Source: Strigamia acuminata (Eukaryota). Taken from it: DNA of 64,000 nucleotides. The notes beneath the pieces were generated by a model, which worked only from the letters and a program-made list of their open reading frames with translations, made no database searches and was not told the DNA's origin. The stretch spans positions 2,480,001 to 2,544,000 of the forward strand of contig OX442314.1 in assembly GCA_949358305.1 (NCBI GenBank), written 5' to 3'. Below are positions 49,628-61,400 of the stretch, one piece after another (position 1 is the stretch's first letter; the number at the start of each line of letters is the position of its first letter). The translations under genes and the position numbers were made by a program.

Positions 49628-51109
49628 TCTTCGTTTTCCGATTCTTCTGACTCATTTAAAGTGCTTGTTGAGTTTTGCCTTATTTACATTTATTTTACAC
49701 CATTTTCTACCACGGTTGATCTAAAAAACATGCGCAGTTATTGTAGAAGAACCTTATGCTCTGTTTTGGCATTTAAAGTGCATGTTGGGCTGGAATTTAA
49801 ATGATTTTTATTTTTACCTGACGTGTTATTGTTGTCAGTTGTCACACGTCTGAGGATGTAATGTGAAGATGCGCAATTTCTTCTCGACTTTCTTCGCTGT
49901 TTTATGTTTTGCAGCAGTTTTGTAAGTAAAGGTCTAGTAAATAAAGCAGTCCATCCATATATCATTTTACATTCGACTTTATTTGAATTTATTCGAGGAC
50001 AAAGTCGTTGTCGGAGTAGAAGACGAGTTAGCGTCGGTTCTGGGCGGAGGCCTGGGCGGATTCCTCGGCGCAGGTTGTACTGGTCGGATGATGGCGTTGG
50101 CATAAGCGTTGGCGGCGACCATCAGTTGGGCTTGGGCTTGAAGATTCTGCTGCAACAGTTCGGCTTAGACTTGCTGCTGCTGCATGAGACGATTTGGCCA
50201 TGCTCATTGACCATGGGCATGAAGCCCTGCGCTTAATATACGTATACAGCAAGTATCAGGTTTTGATTTGATTTGAAGAAATTTAAGCAAAATTTTGAGT
50301 TACAAACAAAAACAAAATGTCATTTGAAATAAAATTAGAAGGACAAAAAAAAACAGCTTTTAACACTATTTTTTACTAGATTTTGGAAGAAATAATAAAT
50401 TGGAAATAAAATGAGAAAAATATACAGAAACGGCAGATTTTGTTTCGTGGATGAAACAAATTTAAACATGTTACAGTTTTCTGAAATTTGAGTTGAACAC
50501 AAAATGCAATTTCAAATACAGAACTTTCAACGCAAAAATAAATAAATAAATGCAGAAATAATAACACGTTTTCATGGTAAGCGTTATTTTCTTTACCAGA
50601 GATATTTTCTACCGGGAATATTTTCGACATGGTTGAAAGAAATTCTGATAACAAATATTTATATAATAGTTATTTTTAAAAATTAAATTGAAACGCATTA
50701 ATGCACCAATTAAAACAGAAATTAAATCGTTTTGAATTTAAGAATACAGGAATATGCACACAAATAGCACTTGAATTGTTTTCTCTCGTGTGGGTTAATA
50801 AAGGTTTATTCAAATCCTCACTTCGAGTCGAGGAGAAGGCACACTAAAGGCAATTTCATGGTTTTTCTCCCGTATGTATTTATAAATAAATTTTCAAATT
50901 CCTATTTCGATTGCAAGATAAAACACAATTTTTCGTGTGACGCTCACCATAAAAAATTGGAAATAAAACGAGAAAAATATAGAAACGCAGGTTTTGATGT
51001 CTGGATTCAACAAATTGAAGCAAAATTTTTGAGTTGAAAACAATAACAAAATGTCATTTGAAATAAAATTAGAATTACAGAATTACGAACTTAATGAACA
51101 ATGTGATTT

Positions 51110-52020
51110 TTACTTTGTATGCTTTGTCAAATGTTTTTTAAAAGTATCATTTCGACTACTAGAATAAGCACACAAATGGCACTTGAATGGTTTTTCTCCA
51201 GTATGGGTTAACAAATGCATTTTTAAATTACTACTTGTAGTACAGGAATATGCACACAAATGGCACTTGAATGGTTTTTCTCCTGTGTGGGTTAATAAAT
51301 GCTTTTTTAGACTTCCACTTTCTCTGCAGGAATAAACACACAAATGGCACTTGAATGGCTTTTCTCCGGTATGGGTCAATAAATGTCTTCTTAAAACCCC
51401 ACTTCCAATACAGGAATAATCACACAAATGGCACTTGAATGGTTTTTCTCCTGAATGGGTTAATAGATGACTTTTTAAATTCCCACTTTGATTGCAAGAA
51501 TAATCACACAAATGACAATTGAATGGTTTTTCTCCACTATGGGTTAACATATGATTTTTTAGAGTTCCACTTTCACTGCTGCAATAATCACATAAATGGC
51601 ACTTGAAAGGTTTTTCTCCCGTATGGATTAATAAATGTTTTCTTAAATTACCACTTTGAATGCAGGAATAATCACATAAATGGCACTTGAAAGGTTTTTC
51701 TCCCGTATGGATTAATAAATGTTTTCTTAAACTGCCACTTTGAATGCAGGAATAAACACACAAATGGCACTTGAAAGGTTTTTCTCCAGTATGAGTTCTC
51801 ATATGGACAATCATGCATTGTTTAAGTCGAAAGGAAAGTGCACATGTTTGACATTTGTAAGGCTTTTCACCAGTGTGTTTGAGCATGTGATGTTTCAAAA
51901 GATAACAATTTGAACACGAATAGTCGCACAAATTGCAACTGTATATTTGAAGTTTACTTTCCATTTTTGACTTTCAGTTTTTCGCAGATGACTCCCGATG
52001 ACGCCGAAGTAAACTTATTC
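51110..52020 (-). CDS. Tandem C2H2 zinc-finger protein (10 fingers), terminal exon
   Basis: Ten CxxC..HxxxH units with TGEKPF linkers; splice acceptor near 52020; upstream exon(s) not resolved. Confidence 0.9.
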
Positions 52021-53994
52021 TGAAATTTAAAAAAAATTATTTAATTCTTTAATTTGTTCCCCTGACCGCTCATCTACCCTAGCGCTACTCTGCTGATCAA
52101 TCTACTCGCTTTACAAACCTGTAACTGATTTTAACTTAAAAAATATACGTTGTGAGGTCACTAGAGATCTCTGATTACAAAGAATCGAGTCGAAATGAGC
52201 CCTGGTAGACAAGAATCGCAATCGAATGCAATTCGTCTGTTAGGCCTAACTTTTGTAGCCCGAGCACAATTGCACCATACGTTTATAAACTAGAACATAT
52301 AAAATTAAAACGCAATCAAAAGAAATCCACAGATTCGTATCTCCTTCTTCAACCATCTGTCTGTAAATCTTTCAAATTTTTCAAGTATTTAGAAGCTTTG
52401 ATACCTTTAAGACGTAATAGAAATGACGAACGAGAAAGTGAGATGTGAGGCGTGGTAAACAATGTCACAACAAACCCACACCCGACGGCGCACACACAAA
52501 CCCAATAAATAAGCACTCAGAGGATTAGTTGAGCGCATCTCAGCATTCTGGCTTTATTTTTTGCTCAGACCAGGGGTCCTGTCCATTTATTGTTGAAGTA
52601 CTTATAAAATGTCGAACCAAGAAAAGGAGACAAAACCTTGCCAGGCAGGGGTCAATTATAGTTTTTTAGATGAAATAAAATTGCAGGTCTCTTTCCACCT
52701 TATGTGAGAATGATTAGACAACCATTAGGTTTGGTTGTTGTAACCTTTTATTGTAAACTACTAGTCCAAGGTCCATGTTAGGAGATGAAAAGTGCCCCTC
52801 GTGCTTTCCTGCAATGTCGCCAGTAAGTCTTCCATAGGATAATTAAAATATATTTAGTTTAAAAATAATAAAAGCAAGAATTGTTTTTTTTTATTATAAT
52901 TTTCCTCTTTTTAATTTTTTTGTCAATTTTTTTTATAAACTATTTTCGTAGTTAAATAAAGAACTCTAATTTCTATTTGTTTGGTTATGCGCCACTAGAT
53001 GGCGCCATCGATTTTAATACAGACAGGATTTGTCAGAAGATTTATTTGTACAAGTTTTCGGTAAAAATACATTTAGTAGAAAAAAATTAAGGGTTGATAT
53101 TGTCAATTGTTCAACGCTGAACTGCCTAACCGCGGAAATAAAAGACAATAATTTGTATAAATTCTTTTGGAGCAATAGCGAAGCCGCGCGCGCATGTGAC
53201 TTCACATTTTGCTCAGTGCATGACTGCCCGTAACGATTACATCACATCCGGTTAATGGCGCGGCGTTTGTTGCTTGGACATCATCTCCTTCTATCCATTA
53301 CTAACAAACCTAAAATCGTATTGAAGAGCAGTGAAAAACAATGTTCTCTTAAGGTATGTGACATTCTGCTCTGAAATTCCATTTTTAATTAGAGATTACG
53401 AAATTTTATTCGCGATTGAATCGAACGATGTGTAGCGTTGAGCTGGTTGAATTTCATATTAATGATTTGGACATTTGGTTTTGTAAAACTGCTTTTTACT
53501 TATGACTAGTATTTACTATGCGCCAATTTTCATTTGTTATATCCGAATCTGTTATAAATTAGAAGTTCGACCCAATTTTAAATGTTAAAAAGTCGTCACA
53601 AATTCTAGTCTAGAACTTCTAACACGCAATTAATTGAGCATTCGCAACACGTTGAATTGTACGAATATTTAGCATCGCACGATGGTTGATTTTGTATCAA
53701 TGATTTTGAAATTTGTTAAGACTGCATTCTAAGGTATAAATTAAGATTAATTAAATTGGCGATAATTGTGTACAATTAACTAATCCTTTAGTTCTCTGGT
53801 TCTTAATATTTGAAGCCGTCGGCACCCCCTTGACCACCCCTTACCCAAAGGAAAATAATGTTTAGATCTAATTTTTTACTGGTGTCACTTAACCACTCAT
53901 GTATTAAACATTTTTCTGAAGTGGTTAAAAATTCAAAAGTTCAAAATTGATAAAATTTTATAATTACAAAATTGCCTTAATTAATGAAACTCTC

Positions 53995-54182
53995 TATTTC
54001 AAAATGCGACAGAATATTTCCAAATGTGACAGAAAATTTCAAAATGTGACAGAAAATTTCAAACTGTGACAGAATATTTCAAAATGTGACAGAATACTTC
54101 AAATTGTGAGAGAATTTTTCCAAATTCTGAGAGAATATTTCAAAATGCGACAGAATATTTCAAACTGTGACAGAATATTTAA
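53995..54182. repeat. 20-21 bp minisatellite (AAATGTGACAGAATATTTCA)
   Basis: About nine units. Confidence 0.9.
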
Positions 54183-55431
54183 CTGCACTGCACATTTAAC
54201 ATGCAAAATTTTACGTTTAGACTGGTTTAAAAATATACTAAAAACAAGTTTAAATGACACTATGAGTCCGCCTTCTGTCCACAACGTTGCATTAATTATT
54301 CGAAATTTAAATTGCACATGGTAACTAACTGTTATCTTAATAAATTAATACGGAATACGTAATAAGTTGGTGATGAAGTTACGAGTGTTGTGAGATTTTA
54401 ATTGTGCTTACAAGATAAAATATTTCTATGTTGAACAATATATCTGAGAATTTACCACTATCTATGTCATAAACATACAACCAATGTGGAGATTGCAAAA
54501 CAGTCACCTTTTAGCTCTCCAATGACCAATCCCAAAGCATGTAACTCTCCGCATATGAAACTGATTAGTTTTATTTTGCCGGTGCTGCCATCTGTTATGA
54601 GTGTTTCAAACATGTTGCATTCAAATTTAATTCCACATGATGGTATGATTGACTTTGAATTGGTTGATTGATTGTTGCGATTAAGTCAGCTCTCATCTTA
54701 TCTTGCAAGAAGATTCATGTTGACCTAATTGTCTAGACAATCACTCATCGTGCTATGGATAATTAAAACTTTATTTCGAGAGACTCTTTTTGAGAAAATA
54801 TGTGACTTCAATTATTGTTCAGACTATGCTACTTTTTAAACGCTTGTTTTGCTACTTCACAGCTATTTATCAGCTCTGCCTTGTGTGAAAAGTGTATTTA
54901 AAAGTGGCTGTTGTGCAAGAAAGAAAAGAATTTGTTGTATTCTGGTGATGTTGAGATGTGTAGCAGCAGCTGAAAGATGCTGACACTCTATCTACGTCTT
55001 AAACTGCAATGCTTTGTTTGGAGAAAGTGCATAGGGAGAAACAACGTGAGCACCCTGATTGGTTTCCGTAATTTTCAGGGGGTCATGCGCAGTAAGAAGG
55101 AGGATAATAAAAGAGGGTCTGCAAGATTGCAATAAAGAGGACAAAAAACTTCACTGCAAAACACTGCACAAGTGGCGTAAGCACTAACTGTAAATGCTTT
55201 AAATAGAAAGCGGGCGTTTTGTTGTCAGAATCTAAATTCCTCCATGACTTTTTCGTGTTTTTGATCAATTTAGACATTTATTTTAGTCGTTTTGTTCAAT
55301 TTAGTTTGATTTAGACCTGCGTTGTAAAGGACATGTTGCATTCCATTAGAGCATTTACAGTACAAATTCAATGCATCCAGTTATAAGCTAAGCAGTGCTT
55401 TATTATTTTAAACCCGTGGAAATAAGGCCAA

Positions 55432-58400
55432 TCAAAATTGAAGAAGAGAAAAGAAGGAGAAACCAGTAAGAATACCAATAATAGATCCTATCTGACAAAA
55501 TAACTTTACAATGGTAATCTCTGGCTGTTCTTCAATTATTTCTCTGATGTTATTTTCAAAGCTATACGAAACAGATTTTGTGAAGACTTTCCAGTCCTCT
55601 ATGTTGCTGGTGATTGAAGGATTGAAGATGGTTTCTTGACAAGATGCTTTGCAGGAACATTCTTCCTTGGGGTATGTCGTCATCAGAGTTTTCAAATATG
55701 TCTCGTAAGTTGTTTTAGCCGTCTCTTGAGATAGGCAAATGGGGAATTTACTTTTATCCATGGATGGAAGTCTAGTAATACAACAATATTTAATGGAAAT
55801 ATACAGTGTGCCATGACACATGATTTTTTCCAGTTATTAAAAATTGTGCATACATTTGAACTGTTTGGGTGCACGAGGGTAGCAAGGTAGATCAAATGTG
55901 ACAAATTAAATTTATTGGTAAAAATGACAATTTGTGACGATTCTACTTTTAGGCTAAATTATTAGCCATTTTAATAGATAAATCAGTTTAAACAAGACGT
56001 TGCTAAACCTAGCAACAACCTAACCGAGGCAAGCTACGGAATTCCTTGCAGCATGAATCATTAATCGAATAGAAATAACTTACGGTTTTGTATGACATAA
56101 AACATGTTTATTAACATTATAAATGGGTTCGGGGTTCTGGGCACTTGTAAACGGGCGGCATCAACTGGTTGAGGATCCGGGCGAAGCCAGAGGGATACGG
56201 CTGACTTTACGGCATCGTCACAATGAACGCTACGGAGACGTATTCAATCCCGTGGCACGAACAGCTATTTAATGTGAAGAGTCCTTCACATTTGATGGGA
56301 ATATTCTTTAGAATATTCCAGGATCTAATTAATACAAAGTTATTAGCGGAATATAACAATTTATTGTTTTATTATTATTATTGGGGCGGGGACAGTCACG
56401 ATGGTTGAGAGAACCATCGCGGGAGTTGTTGAGACTCCATCCGCCAGCATGCCTTACGACGACAAGATCTCGTGATCAGGCGCCGAGTATTTGTTTGTGC
56501 ACGACAAGTCGCTTTCAGTGGTACCAACCACTGGGTAAACATTTCCTGGGATTACCAGAGCGGCATTACCAATACCCGAGTATTTGTTTAATGTAATATT
56601 TTCACGGCTATTACTCACGAACTACCAACCTGGCGTGTTTACCTGTAAATAGTGTTTTAACCGACCTCTAAAATACGGAAGGACCTCCTGTACGAGAGCG
56701 AACCCTGAGAATATGGCTGTCCATATTTGTTTCGTCTTCGGGTTCGACTTCCCGCATACATGCTCTGGCAGAGCGTCTAGCCTACGACCAAAGAATCGCA
56801 TCGACAGATGCGACCGTTACCGATCATAAGATGGCACAGGTTAATCATCCTGTGCTTGGATGCTTGGATGCTTGGATGCTTGGATGATTTACTATGTCAC
56901 CGTACAGATCTCGCTGTTCCTTGGAACAGCAAGCTAAAGCTACAAGGCTATTTCATCTATTTAACATGTCTATTATCGGAGTCAGCCTTCCCGAAAGGGC
57001 CCTACAACAACAATAACAAAATAGTATTAATACTAATTGTGAAAAGCTGAGGAGGCCCGATGTGTCGATAGTGAAAGAGAGATCAAACGATAACCAATAC
57101 AACTACAGACAATATAAACATATTCAGTATCAAGCCAAGAGGGTTTTCTGGTGAGAAACCAGAACAGTGATATTGGCGATAGCCAATCAGATGTCCGAAT
57201 CGATGGATTCGTGGGTCACTTTAGTCCCGACCTAGTAGAAGACTTGGTCTGGACCTAGCAGAAGACTTGGTCCGGACCTAGCAGAAGACTGGGTCCAAGA
57301 GAGTCCGATTGGTTCTCCCCTTTAAGGTAAGTAAAACGGGTTATTGAGTCGGTAGAATCAATATCTCAACTAAATAATATTTAATTATGCTGAATAAAAT
57401 ATCTTATATTTTATTCCCGTCAACAAAACAATGATTTATCATAATTCTAAACTTTCTCGAGTTTAAACTGCGGGCGTTATTTAAACAGCGCCATCTAGTG
57501 TGAACATTAGTTATTACGGTGTTTATAACCGTCACAAATTGCTTATGTTATGATCATTTTTTTCAATGATTTGAAAGCTTTAAACATAAATAATTTTTTT
57601 TTAGTTTAAAAATTTTTCAGAAACTTTAATAAATTGTGCTTCTCCAACATTTTTGTTGTTTTTGTTGTTTATAAACACCAATAATCACAGAAACGGAATC
57701 TTTGAATACACCGGCTGTTACCAATAAATTTGCTCCACTTGATTGTTAGAAATATACCGTATACTCAAACAATGTGTGTAGTGTATGATTTGTAAATTGC
57801 AATATGGGATGCACGGTAATTAGTGGATGAATTACAAGTTACCTGCAATTGAAAGGTTGTTGCTCAAGTTTCTTTTCAAAGCAGTCTTCTTCACATCTTA
57901 AAACTTCATCATTTGGTCTGCAAGGACTTCTCGGGGTATTTAATCGAACAAGCTGGAAAGATTAATCAACTAAGTGGCAATTTGAACAGATTGAACAAAT
58001 TGGGGCCCCAAATCAAAGAAAAATTTGATTTTGTCAAAACTGTCGATAATTTCTCAAAAGTGACAACAATTTATCAAATTTGATAAATCCGTCAATTTAC
58101 GGTCGGCGCATTCAATAGCACTCGTTAAACATTTTTTCTATTTATATTTTTTTAATCAAGAGATTTAAATGACAACTGATGCAGATTAAATTGGGTGCCA
58201 TTTTTGAAATCTAATCACTCTATTTAAAATATTGCAATGGCTTTTCGAATGTGCTTATACTCTGGCTTAGGTTGGCCTTTCGCCCATTGGTCGAGCCACA
58301 CACAAAAATAGACCAAAACACCAGAAATGCAATTCATGTTCACTACAAATTTTTTCAAAGTGAACCAAGTTCTAGATCGCGAACTTGAACCAATAGTTCA

Positions 58401-61400
58401 GTTTACTTTTCAAAATTTGTTTTTAAATTGAAATTACAACACTCAGCCCTGATTGGCTGTCACATAAAACGTCTAGTGGACGTATCATCAACATTTTCAA
58501 AATGTTGATGATATTTCCACTAGAAATGTCATTTTGTAAATTTCGAATTTGAATTTGAAATTAAAAAATTATCGAAAAAATTCAATTGAATTGAAATTGT
58601 CAAATTGAGTGACTAATACCAACAGCCTCTAGGAACTTCCCTGCAACACAATCACTGATTTATTTATATTTTAAGAACTTAACAAAGTGAACGCAAACTT
58701 CGTTCACTTATAAAAGTGAACTAGTTCGCGATCTTAGTTCGCGAACGCGAACTAATAGTTTGCGTTCGATACAACACTGGTTGTAGTACAGTTTACAGTT
58801 AGAAGTAGTGAGACTCGGCCAATGGCAGAAAAGGCAACCTTATAGTGAGCCAGAGTATAGTGGAGTTATCATTTTTTGAATTCACCGTTTGAGGGTTAAA
58901 GTTGACAAAAGCACTTAATTTGCTGGGTACATCAAAAAGATATTTCGGATGAAAAAATTGATTTGTTGGCAAAATGAAGTGCTGGAATACATAAAGTCAA
59001 ATTAGTAACTACTGCAATTAACAGTGCGAAGGATGAACTTCTATCTCACTTCTCGTTTAAGAGGACAGTAGGGACTGGGCTGATCGACAATCAATAGAAA
59101 GGTTCTTTTTCGAACAAATGGCCGGTCACCTGTGTACAAATATTTTAGTGAGAATTAAAAGAGACTTTTTTTTTTTTTACCTTTATTGAATGCAGTACAC
59201 ATTCCATACACTGTTTGTTTTAATGAGAAGTTGGCAAAATAAAATGCAATATCCTCTGCTGTTGCCCCATACTATAAGTTTGTTAAATTTTTACACTTTT
59301 GAATTGATAACTGTTATTAAAAATTGTGCATACATTTGAACTGTTTGGGTGCACGAGGGTAGCAAGGTAGATCAAATGTGACAAATTAAATTTATTGGTA
59401 AAAATGACAATTTGTGACGATTCTACTTTTAGGCTAAATTATTAGCCATTTTAATAGATAAATCAGTTTAAACAAGACGTTGCTAAACCTAGCAACAACC
59501 TAACCGAGGCAAGCTACGGAATTCCTTGCAGCATGAATCATTAATCGAATAGAAATAACTTACGGTTTTGTATGACATAAAACATGTTTATTAACATTAT
59601 AAATGGGTTCGGGGTTCTGGGCACTTGTAAACGGGCGGCATCAACTGGTTGAGGATCCGGGCGAAGCCAGAGGGATACGGCTGACTTTACGGCATCGTCA
59701 CAATGAACGCTACGGAGACGTATTCAATCCCGTGGCACGAACAGCTATTTAATGTGAAGAGTCCTTCACATTTGATGGGAATATTCTTTAGAATATTCCA
59801 GGATCTAATTAATACAAAGTTATTAGCGGAATATAACAATTTATTGTTTTATTATTATTATTGGGGCGGGGACAGTCACGATGGTTGAGAGAACCATCGC
59901 GGGAGTTGTTGAGACTCCATCCGCCAGCATGCCTTACGACGACAAGATCTCGTGATCAGGCGCCGAGTATTTGTTTGTGCACGACAAGTCGCTTTCAGTG
60001 GTACCAACCACTGGGTAAACATTTCCTGGGATTACCAGAGCGGCATTACCAATACCCGAGTATTTGTTTAATGTAATATTTTCACGGCTATTACTCACGA
60101 ACTACCAACCTGGCGTGTTTACCTGTAAATAGTGTTTTAACCGACCTCTAAAATACGGAAGGACCTCCTGTACGAGAGCGAACCCTGAGAATATGGCTGT
60201 CCATATTTGTTTCGTCTTCGGGTTCGACTTCCCGCATACATGCTCTGGCAGAGCGTCTAGCCTACGACCAAGGAATCGCATCGACAGATGCGACCGTTAC
60301 CGATCATAAGATGGCACAGGTTAATCATCCTGTGCTTGGATGCTTGGATGCTTGGATGCTTGGATGATTTACTATGTCACCGTACAGATCTCGCTGTTCC
60401 TTGGAACAGCAAGCTAAAGCTACAAGGCTATTTCATCTATTTAACATGTCTATTATCGGAGTCAGCCTTCCCGAAAGGGCCCTACAACAACAATAACAAA
60501 ATAGTATTAATACTAATTGTGAAAAGCTGAGGAGGCCCGATGTGTCGATAGTGAAAGAGAGATCAAACGATAACCAATACAACTACAGACAATATAAACA
60601 TATTCAGTATCAAGCCAAGAGGGTTTTCTGGTGAGAAACCAGAACAGTGATATTGGCGATAGCCAATCAGATGTCCGAATCGATGGATTCGTGGGTCACT
60701 TTAGTCCCGACCTAGTAGAAGACTTGGTCTGGACCTAGCAGAAGACTTGGTCCGGACCTAGCAGAAGACTGGGTCCAAGAGAGTCCGATTGGTTCTCCCC
60801 TTTAAGGTAAGTAAAACGGGTTATTGAGTCGGTAGAATCAATATCTCAACTAAATAATATTTAATTATGCTGAATAAAATATCTTATATTTTATTCCCGT
60901 CAACAAAACAATGATTTATCATAATTCTAAACTTTCTCGAGTTTAAACTGCGGGCGTTATTTAACACTAGAACGGCCAGACCGGTCATTTTGACCGGTAC
61001 AGCTGTTTAAACAGCTGCAGCAATAAACCCAATGGGTTTACGGTGCTGCTAATTTGTGACTTTAGCTGATTTATGATGCTTTATATCATAAATCATCAAA
61101 AGTTGAATTTTTCTTAAGAAATAATAAAAAAAAAAGTGAATTGACCTAGAACGGCCGAAACCGGTTAAAATGACCGGTTGAAATCACCTGAACAATACGT
61201 GCACCAAACTGCACTAAACGTGCACCAAACGTGCACCAAACGTGCACAATATGTGCATACAACGTTTTGGCATCAAACTGATTCAGTAACACGCGAAACA
61301 TGCGAAGAAAATACCAAAACAAAAATTGATGGTTTTTATAAAATCTGATAAAATTAAAAACGGAAATTTAATTTTATCAGGTTTTATAATAACCATCAAT

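Noticed and set aside
49985..50230. Q/P-rich terminal exon-like fragment on the minus strand
   Set aside because: Frame is broken and the parent gene is unidentifiable.
50740..50885. Additional C2H2 fingers downstream of the zinc-finger gene
   Set aside because: Degenerate remnant with lost ligands and stops, lying after the stop codon.
56223..57050. Small ORFs repeated at 59703-60530
   Set aside because: They lie inside the duplicated solo LTR and have no coding signature.
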